DNA of 64,000 nt from an uncultured Zetaproteobacteria bacterium. Its GTDB lineage: Bacteria > Pseudomonadota > Zetaproteobacteria > Mariprofundales > Mariprofundaceae. Made by a program: the position numbers and the translations under genes. This document shows positions 26,739-37,938 of this stretch, piece by piece (position 1 is the first letter of the stretch; every line of letters begins with the position of its first letter). Under the pieces are notes generated by a model that was given only the letters and a program-made list of their open reading frames with translations, did not search any database and was not told the DNA's origin. The DNA lies in NCBI GenBank assembly GCA_964398225.1, contig CAYNLY010000001.1, positions 16,975 to 80,974 of the forward strand. Reading direction: 5' to 3'.

Positions 26739-27317
26739 ATGGATGCGGATCGGGAGCGGCTGGGGCGCCTTCAGGACTATGTCGCGGAGCACGGCGTGCT
26801 TCCCTCGTATGCGGCGATGGGGACGCTGATCGGGCTTCGCTCGAAGGCGGGCGTGGCCAAGTTCGTGGACCGGCTCGTGCGTCGCGGCGTGTTGCGCCGG
26901 GCGCCGAACGGGCGGCTTGCGCCGACGCGCGCGTTCTTCGCGCGCCCGCGCGTGGGGGCGGCGCCCGCGGGGTTTCCGAGCCCGGCGGACGAGCTGCTCG
27001 AGGATGCGATCACGATCGACGACTATCTGGTCGATCATCCCTCGCGCACGGTGCTGGTCGAGGTGCGGGGCGATTCGATGATCGGCGCGGGCATCCTCGA
27101 CGGCGATTACGTCGTGGTCGAGCGCCGGGACCGCGCGCACGAGGGGCAGATCGTCGTGGCCCGGATCGACGGCGAGTTCACGATCAAGTATCTGGCGCGC
27201 GACGCCCGGGGCTATTTCCTGCGCCCGGCCAATCCGCACTATCCCGATCTTCGCCCGGACGGCGCGCTGGATCTGTTCGGCGTCGTGGTGGGACAGTTTC
27301 GCCGCTATCCGGGCTGA
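26739..27317 (+). CDS. LexA-family repressor / S24 self-cleaving peptidase (LexA-UmuD hybrid features)
   Basis: N-terminal LexA-type winged helix (VAEHGVLPSYAAMGTLIGLRSKAGVAKFVDRLVRRGVL). UmuD-like cleavage region AGFPSPADE. Catalytic Ser in GDSM and catalytic Lys in FTIKYL. Confidence 0.8.
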   Translation: MDADRERLGRLQDYVAEHGVLPSYAAMGTLIGLRSKAGVAKFVDRLVRRGVLRRAPNGRLAPTRAFFARPRVGAAPAGFPSPADELLEDAITIDDYLVDHPSRTVLVEVRGDSMIGAGILDGDYVVVERRDRAHEGQIVVARIDGEFTIKYLARDARGYFLRPANPHYPDLRPDGALDLFGVVVGQFRRYPG

Positions 27318-27323
27318 GCGCGG

Positions 27324-28556
27324 ATGCTGATTCACGACTGGCCGCGGGCGATCGCGCACATCGACGCCGACTGCTTCTACGCCGCCTGCGAGCTGGTGCG
27401 CCGCCCGGATCTGGCCGGCCGGCCGCTGGCCGTGATGTCCAGCCAGGATGCCTGCATCGTGGCCAAAACCTACGACGCCAAGGCGCGGGGAATCTCCACC
27501 GGCATGCCGGTCTGGGAGGCGCGCAGGCTCATGCCGGAGCTGGTGTTGCTGCCGGCCGATTTCCGCTACTACGGGCTGATGTCGCGACGGATGTTCGCGG
27601 TGCTCGAGCGCTTCTCGCCGGGCGTGGAACGCTATTCGATCGATGAGGGATTCGCGGACTTCGAGGGCCTGCGCGGCCTGCATCGCTGCGGCTACGAGGC
27701 GCTGGCCGAGCGCATCCGGCGCGCGGTGCGCGAGGAGGTGGGGATTCCCGTCTCCATCGGGGTATCGGTGAACAAGCTGCTGGCCAAGATGGCCTCGGAA
27801 TCGGCCAAGCCGGACGGCTGCCGCGTCGTGCCGGGCCGGCGGATCGAGCCGTTTCTCGAAACCCGGAGGCTCGAGGATGTTCCCGGCATCGGCAGGCGGC
27901 GGGCTGCGCTGCTTTCCCGCTTCGGGATGCGCTCGGCCCGGGATCTGGCGCGGGCAGCCCCCGCCGATGTGCGGCGATGGCTGGGCAAGACGGGCCGGGA
28001 TCTGCAGCGGGAGCTGAACGGGGAGGTGGTGTTCCCGCTGGAGCTTGTGCCAAGGCTGCCGAAGACGATGGCCCGAACCGCAAGCCTGGGCCTGCGCACG
28101 CGCGATCCCGCCCTGGTGCGGCGGCATCTGATGCGGCATGCCTTCCGCCTGTCGATGGATCTCGTTCGCCGCGGCATCGCGGCCGGGGAGCTGACGGTGA
28201 TGCTGCGGCTCGGGAACTTCGAGCGTATCGGCGCCGAGGTGCCGCTCGGGATGCCCACCCAGGACTACCGGCGGCTGGCGCGGGCGGCGGCGCGGGGGCT
28301 TACGGCGGTGTGGCCGGAGGATGCGGAGGTCAGCGGCTGCGGGGTGATCGGAAGGCGTCTGTGCTGGATGCGGCGGCGGCAGCCCGACCTGTTCGGCGAG
28401 CTCGCCGCCGAGGAGCGCGCGCTTCCGCTGTGGCAGGCGGTGGACGAGGTCAATCACCGCTTCGGCTCAGGCCGGCTGCGCCCGGCGCGGTGCCTGGAGG
28501 GAAAGACCGAGTCTTCGCCGGCGCGCTTCCGCTATCCGCTGCTGAGCGCGCGCTAG
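27324..28556 (+). CDS. Y-family (translesion) DNA polymerase, UmuC-like
   Basis: IAHIDADCFYAACE and SIDEGFADF catalytic motifs, plus SIGVSVNKLLAKMAS. About 410 aa. Starts 7 nt after the S24 gene. Confidence 0.85.
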   Translation: MLIHDWPRAIAHIDADCFYAACELVRRPDLAGRPLAVMSSQDACIVAKTYDAKARGISTGMPVWEARRLMPELVLLPADFRYYGLMSRRMFAVLERFSPGVERYSIDEGFADFEGLRGLHRCGYEALAERIRRAVREEVGIPVSIGVSVNKLLAKMASESAKPDGCRVVPGRRIEPFLETRRLEDVPGIGRRRAALLSRFGMRSARDLARAAPADVRRWLGKTGRDLQRELNGEVVFPLELVPRLPKTMARTASLGLRTRDPALVRRHLMRHAFRLSMDLVRRGIAAGELTVMLRLGNFERIGAEVPLGMPTQDYRRLARAAARGLTAVWPEDAEVSGCGVIGRRLCWMRRRQPDLFGELAAEERALPLWQAVDEVNHRFGSGRLRPARCLEGKTESSPARFRYPLLSAR

Positions 28557-29986
28557 AGCGCGGGGGTGATGATCCGGATCAGGTTTTCGCGCACGCGCTT
28601 GATCCGGGAATCCGGCGGATGGTGGCGGGTCGAGGGCGCGGCCAGCGTTTCGATGATTTCATCCAGCCGCCGGAGCGTGTCGTCGTCGAAACAGAAGGTC
28701 GCGATTTCGTAGTTGAGCAGCAGCGAGCGGAAATCGAGGTTGGCCGAGCCGATCATCGCCAGGGCGTCGTCCACGAGCACCATCTTCGCATGCAGCATCC
28801 GGTGGGGAAGGCAACGGACGTCGGCGCCCGCCTCGACCAGTTCGCGCATGTAGGGTTCGCGCCCCCAGTCGAAAATGCGATGGTCGGTCCGCTCAGGCGT
28901 GAGCAGGCGGACCCGGACGCCGCGCTTGAGGGCCATCAGCACGGCCTCGAGCACGAACTGATCCGGAATGAAATAGGGCGTGACGATCTCGATTCGGCGT
29001 TCGGCCCGATGGAAGGCGCAGGCCAGAGCCTCCCTCAGCGTGTCCGCGGGCATGTCCGGCCCCGAGGGAACGGCCTGGACGACGGCGGTTGCGGCGCCGT
29101 CGCTGTCCGCCTGCGGATGCGGCTTCAGCGCCTGCCCCGTCGCATAGAGCCAGTCCGCGGCAAACGTCCGGGCATAGTGGGCGAGCACGGGCCCTTCGAT
29201 GCGGAAGGTCAGATCCGCCCAGGCTTGGGGGTGGGGGGCCAGGTATTCGTCACCGATGTTGATGCCGCCGGCGATCAGCAGGCGCTCGTCGAACAGATAC
29301 AGCTTGCGATGATTGCGCAGGTTGATGCGGCTCTGGAGAAGCGAGCCCAGCGGCTGGAAGAACACCACCTCGCCGCCCGCTTCGAGCAGCGGCCGGAAGA
29401 AGCCGCGCCGAAGGTAGGCGCCCATGCTTCCGAAGGCATCGACCAGAAGGCGCACCTTCACGCCTTCGCGCGCGCGTTCGGCCAGAAGATCGAGCAGCGC
29501 CCGGCCGGTGCCGTCGGCCCGGAAGATGTAGGTTTCCAGATGGATCGTCCGGCGGGCCTTGCGGCAGGCATCGAACAGCCACGAGCGGGCCGTGTCCGGT
29601 TCGGTCGTGAACATCAGCCGGTTGCCGCGTGTCGGTTGAGGCAGGCCGTTGGCCTCGCCCAGCCGGAACAGCGCGTGCTGCAGCGGAACATCCGCGGCGG
29701 GCACCGAGGTGGCGTCGAAGTCGAGCCTCGGTTTCGGATGCCGGGCGAACACCTTGCGCGAACCGAACGCGAGATAGAACAGCGCCCCGATCCACGGCAG
29801 CAGCATCACGACGAGCAGCCAGATGATCAGCGTCTGGGCGGGCCTGCGGTGGTAGAGCACGTGAACGAGCACGAGCAGGCTGAACAGCAGGTTCAGATCG
29901 TAGATCAGGCCAAGCTCCAACGATGCGCCTCCACGATGCCGATGGTACCGGCGGGCAGGGGGGCGACAAGGCCTGTGTGGTGGCAT
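28553..29986 (-). CDS. cls: cardiolipin synthase (PLD superfamily, two HKD motifs)
   Basis: HKD motifs NHRKLYLFD and [10 protein letters not shown]...GSANLD. The N-terminal TM pair has [13 protein letters not shown]. The true start is probably TTG at 29920, 7 nt after GGAGG, rather than ATG 29986. Confidence 0.88.
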   Translation of the reverse strand: MPPHRPCRPPARRYHRHRGGASLELGLIYDLNLLFSLLVLVHVLYHRRPAQTLIIWLLVVMLLPWIGALFYLAFGSRKVFARHPKPRLDFDATSVPAADVPLQHALFRLGEANGLPQPTRGNRLMFTTEPDTARSWLFDACRKARRTIHLETYIFRADGTGRALLDLLAERAREGVKVRLLVDAFGSMGAYLRRGFFRPLLEAGGEVVFFQPLGSLLQSRINLRNHRKLYLFDERLLIAGGINIGDEYLAPHPQAWADLTFRIEGPVLAHYARTFAADWLYATGQALKPHPQADSDGAATAVVQAVPSGPDMPADTLREALACAFHRAERRIEIVTPYFIPDQFVLEAVLMALKRGVRVRLLTPERTDHRIFDWGREPYMRELVEAGADVRCLPHRMLHAKMVLVDDALAMIGSANLDFRSLLLNYEIATFCFDDDTLRRLDEIIETLAAPSTRHHPPDSRIKRVRENLIRIITPAL

Positions 29987-30018
29987 GCGGGTGGGCTCAG
30001 GGCTACACTGCCGCGTCC

Positions 30019-31839
30019 ATGAGCAGCGACAACCGGCAGCGCAGAATCCGCAATTTCTCGATCATCGCCCACATCGATCACGGCAAGTCCACGCTGGCCG
30101 ACCGCCTGATCGAGGACACCGGGGCGCTGACCGAGCGCGAGATGAAGAAGCAGGTGCTCGACTCGATGGATCTCGAGCAGGAGCGCGGCATCACGATCAA
30201 GGCCCAGACCGCGCGCCTGAGCTACCGGGCATCCGACGGCGAGGTCTACACGCTCAATCTCATCGACACACCCGGGCATGTCGATTTCACCTATGAGGTT
30301 TCGCGCTCGCTTCAGGCCTGCGAGGGCGCGCTGTTGATCGTCGACGCAACCCAGGGCGTGGAGGCGCAGACGCTGGCCAACGTCTACCTTGCGCTCGAGA
30401 ACGACCTCGAAATCATTCCAGTGATCAACAAGATCGACCTTCCGAGCGCCGATGTTCCGGAGGCGAGGCGGCAGATCACCGAGGTCATCGGGCTGGACGG
30501 GGACGAAGCGATTCCGGTTTCGGCCAAGACCGGCGAGGGCGTGCCCGAGGTGCTCGAGGCCATCGTCCGGCGCATCCCGCCGCCGGAAAACCGGAACGGG
30601 GAGCCGCTTCGAGCGCTGATCGTCGATTCGTGGTTCGACGCCTATGTGGGCGCGGTCGCGCTGGTGCGTGTTTTCGAGGGAGTATTGGCCCGCGGCGACC
30701 GGATCCGGCTGATGTCCACGGGCTCGGCCTACGAGGTTCAGGATCTGGGCGTGTTCCTGCCGCAGGCGGCGCCGGTTGAGCGGCTCGAATCCGGCGAGGT
30801 GGGCTTCGTGGTCGCCGGCATCAAGCGGCTGGCCGATCTGAAGGTGGGGGATACGATCACCCACGACCGGAGGCCCGCCGCGGATCCGCTGCCGGGGTTC
30901 CGGGAGCCGAAGCCGATGGTGTTTTCGGGGCTGTATCCGGTGGATTCCGGCGACTACGCGGAGCTGCGCGATGCGCTGGAGAAGCTGCATCTGAACGATC
31001 CGGCCTTCACCTTCGAGCCCGAAAGCTCCGCCGCGCTCGGCCTGGGCTTCCGCTGCGGGTATCTCGGCATGCTGCACATGGAGATCGTCCAGGAGCGGCT
31101 CGAGCGCGAGTTCGGGCTCGATCTGATCTCGACCGCGCCCTCGGTGATCTACCGGGTGACGATGACCGACGGGAGCGTGCGCGAGATTTCCAATCCGAGC
31201 GAGTTTCCCGAGCCGCAGCGCATCGCGCGGATCGAGGAACCGACCGTGAACGCGCACATCTTCACGCCCGAGGAATACGTCGGCGCGATGATGCGGCTGT
31301 GCCAGGAGCGGCGGGGCATCCAGAAGGACATGAAGTTCATCGGCCAGGGCCGGGTGATGCTGACCTACAACCTGCCGCTGGCCGAGATGGTGATTGATTT
31401 CTACGACCGGTTGAAGTCGCTCTCGCGCGGCTATGCCTCGATGGACTACGAACTGGCCGGCTACCGGGAGGACGATGTCGTCAAGCTCGACGTGCTCGTG
31501 CACGGCGAACCGGTGGACGCGCTGAGTCTGATCGTGCATCGCTCGGTGGCCGAGACGCGCGGCCGGGAGCTGGTGAAGAAGCTGCGCGAGTTGATCCCGC
31601 GCCAGCAGTTCGACGTGCCCTTGCAGGCGGCCATCGGCGGCCGTATCTTGGCCCGCGAAACCGTCAAGGCCGTGCGCAAGAACGTGACCGCGAAATGCTA
31701 CGGCGGGGATGTCACCCGCAAGCGCAAGCTTCTGGAGAAACAGAAGGCCGGCAAGAAGCGGATGAAGGCCATCGGGCGCGTCGAGGTGCCTCAGGAGGCC
31801 TTTCTGGCGGTGCTCAAGCTCGGTGAGGGGAAGGATTGA
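30019..31839 (+). CDS. lepA: translation elongation factor 4 (LepA)
   Basis: Start trimmed to ATG 30019. The translation has [33 protein letters not shown] and the LepA-specific C-terminus. Confidence 0.95.
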   Translation: MSSDNRQRRIRNFSIIAHIDHGKSTLADRLIEDTGALTEREMKKQVLDSMDLEQERGITIKAQTARLSYRASDGEVYTLNLIDTPGHVDFTYEVSRSLQACEGALLIVDATQGVEAQTLANVYLALENDLEIIPVINKIDLPSADVPEARRQITEVIGLDGDEAIPVSAKTGEGVPEVLEAIVRRIPPPENRNGEPLRALIVDSWFDAYVGAVALVRVFEGVLARGDRIRLMSTGSAYEVQDLGVFLPQAAPVERLESGEVGFVVAGIKRLADLKVGDTITHDRRPAADPLPGFREPKPMVFSGLYPVDSGDYAELRDALEKLHLNDPAFTFEPESSAALGLGFRCGYLGMLHMEIVQERLEREFGLDLISTAPSVIYRVTMTDGSVREISNPSEFPEPQRIARIEEPTVNAHIFTPEEYVGAMMRLCQERRGIQKDMKFIGQGRVMLTYNLPLAEMVIDFYDRLKSLSRGYASMDYELAGYREDDVVKLDVLVHGEPVDALSLIVHRSVAETRGRELVKKLRELIPRQQFDVPLQAAIGGRILARETVKAVRKNVTAKCYGGDVTRKRKLLEKQKAGKKRMKAIGRVEVPQEAFLAVLKLGEGKD

Positions 31840-32507
31840 TGAAACAGGCCAAACCCGTCTGGCGCGAATGGCTGGAAAGCCTGCTGGTCATCGCGGCGCT
31901 GGCGATCGTGATCCGCTCCTTTGTCGTTGCGCCGTTCAAGATTCCTTCCTCGAGCATGGTGCCGACGCTGGAGGTGGGCGACTATCTGTTCGTGCTCCGG
32001 TATCCGTACGGTTTCCGGATTCCGTTCACCGACATCCAGCTCTTTCCGAGGCCCGCGCATCGGGGCGATGTCGCGGTGTTCGTCTATCCCGAGGACAAGG
32101 ACAAGGACTACATCAAGCGCATCGTCGGCCTGCCCGGCGATCACATCGTGTACCGCGACAACGAGCTGTACATCAACGGCAAGAAAATGCCGCTGGTGCG
32201 CAAGGGTGAGCGCGCCTACTTCCTGGGCGACGGCAGCGTGGACGTCTCCGGCCTCTACGAGGAGGACCTGATGGGCGTGCGGCACATGGTGCTGCGCAAG
32301 GACTACTCGATCCGCGACGGGGAATGGATCGTTCCCGAAGGCCACTACTTCATGCTCGGGGACAACCGGAACAACTCGCGCGATTCCCGCTTCTGGGGTT
32401 TTGTGCCACAATCCTACCTGGTGGGCCGGGCCGCCATCGTCTGGTGGTCGTGGGATCCGGCCAAAGGCGAGGTGCGCTGGAGCCGGCTCGGGCATCTGAT
32501 CCATTAG
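31836..32507 (+). CDS. lepB: signal peptidase I
   Basis: Catalytic-Ser motif [10 protein letters not shown], catalytic-Lys motif [11 protein letters not shown], and [16 protein letters not shown]. Confidence 0.92.
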   Translation: MMKQAKPVWREWLESLLVIAALAIVIRSFVVAPFKIPSSSMVPTLEVGDYLFVLRYPYGFRIPFTDIQLFPRPAHRGDVAVFVYPEDKDKDYIKRIVGLPGDHIVYRDNELYINGKKMPLVRKGERAYFLGDGSVDVSGLYEEDLMGVRHMVLRKDYSIRDGEWIVPEGHYFMLGDNRNNSRDSRFWGFVPQSYLVGRAAIVWWSWDPAKGEVRWSRLGHLIH

Positions 32508-32508
32508 C

Positions 32509-32961
32509 ATGGAGGGCGGAATGCGCGGCGAGCGTGGGTTTTCTCTGTTCAAGTTCCTGATGCTGGTTGCGGCGCTGGCCGTCGGCGTCTGGTATGGCTG
32601 GCTTCTGATTCCGGTCTACAACGCCGAGTGGAAGGTCGAGGACATGTTCGAGTCGATCGCGCGCAACATGTCCGACGCCTCCGAGGCCGAGATCCGCGCA
32701 CGTCTCCCCGAACTGTTCAAGATCAAGTACATCGATCGCGACGATCTTCCCGAGGAGTTCTACGACAACATCGAAATCAAGGCGGAGAACGGGCGGGTTG
32801 AGATTTCGTCCTTCTACCATGTGACGATCTGGCCTCTGGGTCCGGTCGAGGAGGTCGATCCGGAATCGGAGTACGATCCCGAGGAGCTTCGCGGCCTGGA
32901 CCGGGTCCGCGACGCGCTGCGACTGGATTTCGATTTCGAGCCCCATGCCGAAACGCCCTGA
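32509..32961 (+). CDS. DUF4845-like small membrane-anchored protein
   Basis: The N-terminus is GFSLFKFLMLVAALAVGVWYG. It occupies the conserved position between lepB and rnc. An alternative ATG at 32521 has a better GGAGGG site. Confidence 0.6.
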   Translation: MEGGMRGERGFSLFKFLMLVAALAVGVWYGWLLIPVYNAEWKVEDMFESIARNMSDASEAEIRARLPELFKIKYIDRDDLPEEFYDNIEIKAENGRVEISSFYHVTIWPLGPVEEVDPESEYDPEELRGLDRVRDALRLDFDFEPHAETP

Positions 32962-33625
32962 CGAGGAGGCGCTGCGCGCGCTCTGCGCGCGGATCGGGCA
33001 CCGGTTTGCCGACGAGGCGCTGCTTTTGCGGGCGCTCACGCACCGCTCGGCGGCCGCGGAGCATATGGAACGGCTCGAGTTTCTCGGCGATGCGGTGCTG
33101 AATCTCGTGATCGCGCGCGCGCTGTTCGAACGCTTCCCGAATCAGGACGAAGGCATGCTCACGCGCATGCGCGCGCGACTGGTCTGCCGCGAGCAGCTCG
33201 GCCGGATCGCACGCCGCTGGCGGCTTCCCGAGGTGCTGATCGTCGGCGAGGGCGAACGTGTGAACGGGCGCCTGAAATCGCCGTCGATCGCGGCGAACGC
33301 GGTCGAGGCGCTGATCGGGGCCGTGTTCGCCGATGCGGGCTTCGACCGGGCGGCCTCGGTCGTGCTTGCCGCCTGGGAGGAGGATCTTTCGCACGTCGTC
33401 GACGAGGATGTGCGCGATCCGAAAACGCGGCTTCAGGAGTTCACCCAGGCACGGGGATGGGGGCTGCCGGACTACCGGGTGACCGATCGCGGCGCGGGCC
33501 GGCATCCGCGTTTTCTGGCCAGTTGCCGCATCCAGGGCCGGGAACTCGGACAGGGCACGGGCGAGCGGAAAAAGCAGGCCGAAACGGCCGCCGCCGCGGC
33601 CGCGCTGCGCGCGCTTGAAGCATGA
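32945..33625 (+). CDS. rnc: ribonuclease III
   Basis: The signature ERLEFLGDAVL is followed by a C-terminal dsRBD. Confidence 0.93.
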   Translation: MPKRPDEEALRALCARIGHRFADEALLLRALTHRSAAAEHMERLEFLGDAVLNLVIARALFERFPNQDEGMLTRMRARLVCREQLGRIARRWRLPEVLIVGEGERVNGRLKSPSIAANAVEALIGAVFADAGFDRAASVVLAAWEEDLSHVVDEDVRDPKTRLQEFTQARGWGLPDYRVTDRGAGRHPRFLASCRIQGRELGQGTGERKKQAETAAAAAALRALEA

Positions 33626-34512
33626 GCTTCCGCGCCGGCATCGTCGCGCTTCTCGGCCGGCCGAACGTCGGCAAGTCCACGCTGATGAACCGCATCGTCG
33701 GCGCCAAGGTCGCGATCGTCACGCCGAAACCGCAGACGACCCGGCACCGGATTCTCGGCATCCGCACCGATCCGGACCGGCAGTTCGTGTTCGTCGATAC
33801 GCCCGGCATCCACCGCGGAAAAAGCCGGCTGAACCGCGCGATGGTCCGCACCGCCTACGCGGCCGCCGAGGAGGCCGATGTGCTGGTGCTGATGCAGGAT
33901 GCGAGCCGTCCGCTCGATGCCGGAACGCGCGCGCTGATCGAGCGCTTTGCGGGCTCCCGGCTCGGGATTCCCCGGATTCATGTGCTGAACAAGGTGGACC
34001 GGGTGAACAAGGCGGCGCTTCTGCCCCGGCTCGACGAGCTCCGGCAGCTGGACCCCGATGCGGTCGCCTACGTGCCGCTGTCGGCCAGGCGCGGCACGCA
34101 GGTGGATGCGCTGCTTGAGGAGATTGCGCGCCATCTGCCCGAACAGCCGCCGCTGTACGATCCGGACTGGTTCACCGACCAGTCCCAGCGGATGCTTGCG
34201 GCCGAATACGTGCGCGAGCAGGTGTTTCTGGCCATGCACGAGGAGGTGCCGTTCCAGACCGCGGTCGAGGTGGAACGCTTCTCCGAGCAGCCGGGCGCCG
34301 TGGAGATCGACGCGGTGATTCTCGTGGGCTCCGAGCGGCACAAGCCGATGATCATCGGACGCGGCGGCCAGCGGCTGAAGACGATCGGGATGCGGGCGCG
34401 GCAGGGGCTCGAGGATCTGCTCGGCGTGCACGTCCGGCTCCATCTGTTCGTCAAGGTGGATCCGGAGTGGTTCGAGCGTCCCGCCCGGCTGTCCGAGCTC
34501 GGCATCGGCTGA
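33622..34512 (+). CDS. era: GTPase Era
   Basis: G1 GRPNVGKST, G3 DTPG, G4 NKVD, and a C-terminal KH domain. Confidence 0.94.
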   Translation: MSFRAGIVALLGRPNVGKSTLMNRIVGAKVAIVTPKPQTTRHRILGIRTDPDRQFVFVDTPGIHRGKSRLNRAMVRTAYAAAEEADVLVLMQDASRPLDAGTRALIERFAGSRLGIPRIHVLNKVDRVNKAALLPRLDELRQLDPDAVAYVPLSARRGTQVDALLEEIARHLPEQPPLYDPDWFTDQSQRMLAAEYVREQVFLAMHEEVPFQTAVEVERFSEQPGAVEIDAVILVGSERHKPMIIGRGGQRLKTIGMRARQGLEDLLGVHVRLHLFVKVDPEWFERPARLSELGIG

Positions 34513-34527
34513 GGGCCGGGCCGGTCG

Positions 34528-35214
34528 GTGAATGAGGTTCGGGAACACGCGCTCCTGCTGCGCCGCATTCCCTACGGGGAAAGCTCGCTCGTCTGTCATT
34601 TTCTCGGCTCCGAGCGCGGACGCATTGCGCTGATGGCCCGCGGCGTCCGGCGTGCGCGCGGGCATCTGAAGGCCGCGCTCGCACCGCTGCACGATCTTGT
34701 GATTCGCTACCGCCCCGGGCGCCGGGGCATGGGCACACTGCTCGAGGCCGAACGCGGCGAACTGCTTGTTCCCGAGGCCGGGCTTCTCGAGGGAATGGAG
34801 ATCGTCGCGCTTGCCGGCCGGCTGTTTCCCGAGGGCGACCCGCACGGCTACCGCGAGCTTCGCCGGGCGCTCGCGCATCTGGCCCATCGCGAGCCCGGCA
34901 CCGGGCTTCTGGCCGGCGTCTGGAGCCTGCTTGCCGACGCCGGCTGGGCGGGGGAGGCCGGCCGGTGCTGGCACTGTGGCCGCTGCTCGGAGCGCATGGT
35001 CCTGAGCCGCGAGGGGCGGCTTGCCTGCGCATCCTGCGGCCGGGGGCGGCCGGTGGCGCCGGAGGGGCTCCGCCGGATCGCCGACGCGCTCGAGGACGAG
35101 GCCGTCCGCCTGGGTCCGGACGATGCGGCCTTGTGGCGCGGATGGATTGCGGACATCCTGCGCCATCATGGCATCCGCCCGACGGACGGTCTGGCCGCAT
35201 CCGGCGGGTGGTGA
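34528..35214 (+). CDS. recO: DNA repair protein RecO
   Basis: GTG start. OB-fold N-terminus ([19 protein letters not shown]) and zinc motif CWHCGRC...CASCG. Follows era. Confidence 0.85.
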   Translation: MNEVREHALLLRRIPYGESSLVCHFLGSERGRIALMARGVRRARGHLKAALAPLHDLVIRYRPGRRGMGTLLEAERGELLVPEAGLLEGMEIVALAGRLFPEGDPHGYRELRRALAHLAHREPGTGLLAGVWSLLADAGWAGEAGRCWHCGRCSERMVLSREGRLACASCGRGRPVAPEGLRRIADALEDEAVRLGPDDAALWRGWIADILRHHGIRPTDGLAASGGW

Positions 35215-35236
35215 TTCGAGCCGGTCAGGAGGGGGC

Positions 35237-35959
35237 ATGCATCTGGGCGTGAACATCGATCATGTGGCGACGATCCGCGAAGCGAGGAAGGTCGAGTATC
35301 CCGATCCCGTGGCGGCGGCGAAGGAGGCGCTGGCGGGCGGCGCGGACGGCATCACCGCGCATCTTCGCGAGGACCGCCGGCACATCCAGGACGCCGACAT
35401 GGAACGGCTCGCCCGGCTTGCCCGCGAGGGCGCGCTGCACCTGAACATGGAAATGGCCGCGACGAACGAAATGGTGCTGATCGCCCGCAGGCTCCGGCCT
35501 CAGGCCTGCTGCCTCGTTCCCGAGCGGCGGGAGGAGCTGACCACCGAGGGCGGGCTGGACGTGCGCGGGCATGAGGCGCGGCTTGCCTCCGTGGTCGCGA
35601 AGCTCGCCGAGGCGGGCGTGCGCGTTTCCCTGTTCATCGATCCCGAGCCGGAGCAGGTGCGCGCCGCGCACCGGATCGGCGCGCCGGTCGTCGAGCTTCA
35701 TACCGGACACTATGCAAACCTCACGGCCGAGGCGCGAGCCAAAGAGCTTGCCGCGATTCGAGATGCGGCGAAACTCGCCGCCGATCTGGGGCTGGTGGTG
35801 CATGCGGGCCACGGACTGACGCTGGCCAACACGCCGCCCATCGTCGAAATCGCCGAGATCTCCGGGCTCAACATCGGGCACGCGATCGTGGCCGATGCGA
35901 TCTTCAAGGGCATGCGCCGGGCGGTGGCCGATTTCAAGGCGCTGATGGAGCGGCGGTGA
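35237..35959 (+). CDS. pdxJ: pyridoxine 5'-phosphate synthase
   Basis: Start trimmed to ATG 35237. The translation has [27 protein letters not shown] and VELHTGHYA. Confidence 0.93.
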   Translation: MHLGVNIDHVATIREARKVEYPDPVAAAKEALAGGADGITAHLREDRRHIQDADMERLARLAREGALHLNMEMAATNEMVLIARRLRPQACCLVPERREELTTEGGLDVRGHEARLASVVAKLAEAGVRVSLFIDPEPEQVRAAHRIGAPVVELHTGHYANLTAEARAKELAAIRDAAKLAADLGLVVHAGHGLTLANTPPIVEIAEISGLNIGHAIVADAIFKGMRRAVADFKALMERR

Positions 35960-36366
35960 GCGGCCGGATCGCGGGCATCGGCGTGGACCGGATCCGGATT
36001 GCGCGCATCGAGCAAAGTCTGGAGCGCTTCGGCGGCCGCTTCGAACGGCGCGTCTTCACCGAGCGGGAACAGGAGCAGGCGCGGCGGAAGAACCCTTGCG
36101 CGCGCCGCTACGCGATGCTGTTCGCGGCCAAGGAGGCCGTGGCCAAGGCGCTGGGAACCGGCTTCCGCCAGGGCGTGGCGCCCCGGCATATCGAAACGCT
36201 GCACGAGCCTTCCGGAAAGCCCGTCGTGCGGCTGCACGAAGGCGCGGCAACGGCGGCGGCGCGCCTCGGGGTGGCGTGCGTGCATGTGTCGCTCACCGAC
36301 GACGACGGCGTGGCGATGGCCTTTGCGGTGGCCGAACGTGAGGGGATCCCGGGAGGGGAGCGGTGA
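35956..36366 (+). CDS. acpS: holo-[acyl-carrier-protein] synthase
   Basis: [15 protein letters not shown] and [14 protein letters not shown] motifs. Follows pdxJ with an overlap. Confidence 0.9.
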   Translation: MSGRIAGIGVDRIRIARIEQSLERFGGRFERRVFTEREQEQARRKNPCARRYAMLFAAKEAVAKALGTGFRQGVAPRHIETLHEPSGKPVVRLHEGAATAAARLGVACVHVSLTDDDGVAMAFAVAEREGIPGGER

Positions 36367-37877
36367 AACCCGTGCTGACCGCCGCGCAGATGCGCTGGGC
36401 CGATCGGCGGACGATCGAAGCCGGCACGCCGGGCTTCGAGCTGATGCGCCGGGCGGGCAATGCGCTGGCCCGCCGGGCGCTGGACGTGATGCCCGAGGCG
36501 GGGCGGATCCTGGTGCTGGCCGGTGCCGGCAACAACGCCGGCGACGGCTATGCGGCGGCCGCCGAGCTTGCCCGGCGCACGCCGGTGACCGTGCTCGCGC
36601 TCCGGCCCGTCGAGTCGCTGCCGGAGGACGCGGCGCGCCATGCCGGGCTTGCGGACCGGGCGGGCGCGAAAATCCGAAGCCTTGCCGAGGGCGACCTCGA
36701 GCGACTCACGCACTGGCTGTCGCGTTCGGTGCTCGTGCTCGACTGCCTGCTCGGCACCGGCGTATCCCGGCCGGTCGCCGGCTGGTGGGCCGAGGTGATC
36801 CGGACGGTCAACGCCTCGGGCCGCGCCGTGCTCGCCTGCGACATTCCGAGCGGGATTTCGGCCGACGACGGTTCGGTGCTGGGCGAGGCGGTGTGCGCGG
36901 ACTGGACGCTGCCGATGGCCGCCGACAAATGGGGTGTCTGGCTCAACGAGGGCCTGGAGCATGCGGGCGTGGTGTTCGAGCCCGCCGGGATCGGCATCCC
37001 GGAGCAGACGCTGATCGAAGCCCAGCGCGCGGAGCCCGGCCCCTGCGCGACGGCCCATCGCATGCCGTGGGAGGCGCTCGGCGGCTGGTTTCCGCCGCCG
37101 CTGCCGCGCGCGCACAAGCGCCGGCTCGGGCATGTCTGGGTCTTTGGTGGTAGCATGGGATTTACCGGCGCGCCAAGGCTTGCCGCCGAGGGCGCGCTGG
37201 CCGCGGGGGCGGGGCTTGCCAGCATCGCCTGTCCGCGCGAGGTGTATCCGATCGTGGCCGGGGCCTGCCTTGAGGTCATGGTCCATCCGGACGATGCGAC
37301 CGAGGCGCAGGGCGCGGATGCGATCGTGGCCGGACCCGGCTGGGGAGGGGGAAGGGAGAAACTGCTTGCACGCCTGCTTGCTCGGGAGCTGCCGCTCGTG
37401 CTCGATGCGGATGCGCTGAACACACTCGCGGGGGATCCGGAGCTTGCCCGGCAAGTTTCCGGTCGGGAGAGCCCGACGGTGCTCACGCCCCACCCGGGCG
37501 AGGCGGGGCGCCTGCTCGGGGAGCCGGCATCCAGCATCGACCGGAACCGGGTTCGCGCGGCCGTGGAACTGGCCGGGAGATACGGCTGCATCGTCGTGCT
37601 CAAGGGGGCGCCGACGATCGTCGCGGACCCGGGCGGCCGGGCGCTGCTGTGCCCGTTCGGCAACGCCAACCTGGCCGTGGCTGGAACGGGCGATGTGCTG
37701 GCCGGATGCATCGCGGCCCGGCTTGCGCGGCTTCCGAACGAGGATCCCAGCCTGGTCGCGGCCTCGGCCGTCGCGCTGCATGGAAAGGCGGGGGAGGATT
37801 CGCGCTGGTATCGGGCCGGCGAGCTGCCCGCGCGGGTGGCGGAACTCCGGAAGCGGCTGGAGCGGGCCGGTCTTTGA
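36363..37877 (+). CDS. nnr: bifunctional NAD(P)H-hydrate epimerase / ADP-dependent dehydratase
   Basis: YjeF_N domain (LAGAGNNAGDGY) fused to the carbohydrate-kinase-like C-domain (GPGWG..., LDADALN, TPHPGE, VLKGAPT, GTGDVLAG). Confidence 0.88.
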   Translation: MKPVLTAAQMRWADRRTIEAGTPGFELMRRAGNALARRALDVMPEAGRILVLAGAGNNAGDGYAAAAELARRTPVTVLALRPVESLPEDAARHAGLADRAGAKIRSLAEGDLERLTHWLSRSVLVLDCLLGTGVSRPVAGWWAEVIRTVNASGRAVLACDIPSGISADDGSVLGEAVCADWTLPMAADKWGVWLNEGLEHAGVVFEPAGIGIPEQTLIEAQRAEPGPCATAHRMPWEALGGWFPPPLPRAHKRRLGHVWVFGGSMGFTGAPRLAAEGALAAGAGLASIACPREVYPIVAGACLEVMVHPDDATEAQGADAIVAGPGWGGGREKLLARLLARELPLVLDADALNTLAGDPELARQVSGRESPTVLTPHPGEAGRLLGEPASSIDRNRVRAAVELAGRYGCIVVLKGAPTIVADPGGRALLCPFGNANLAVAGTGDVLAGCIAARLARLPNEDPSLVAASAVALHGKAGEDSRWYRAGELPARVAELRKRLERAGL

Positions 37878-37938
37878 AGTTTCGGGCTTTTTCTAGGAGC
37901 ATCCGCGCCTCGATGCGATACCGGACGGAGGCGGGATC

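Noticed and set aside
26661-28556. The LexA-like/UmuC-like pair considered as cargo of a mobile element or prophage remnant.
   Set aside because: There is no integrase, transposase, flanking direct or inverted repeats, tRNA target or compositional break in the window. The flanks are cmoA and cls.
37878-37938. Possible glycine riboswitch upstream of the alanine/glycine:cation symporter.
   Set aside because: The intergenic region is only 61 nt. That is far too short for a glycine aptamer, and I saw no conserved aptamer core.
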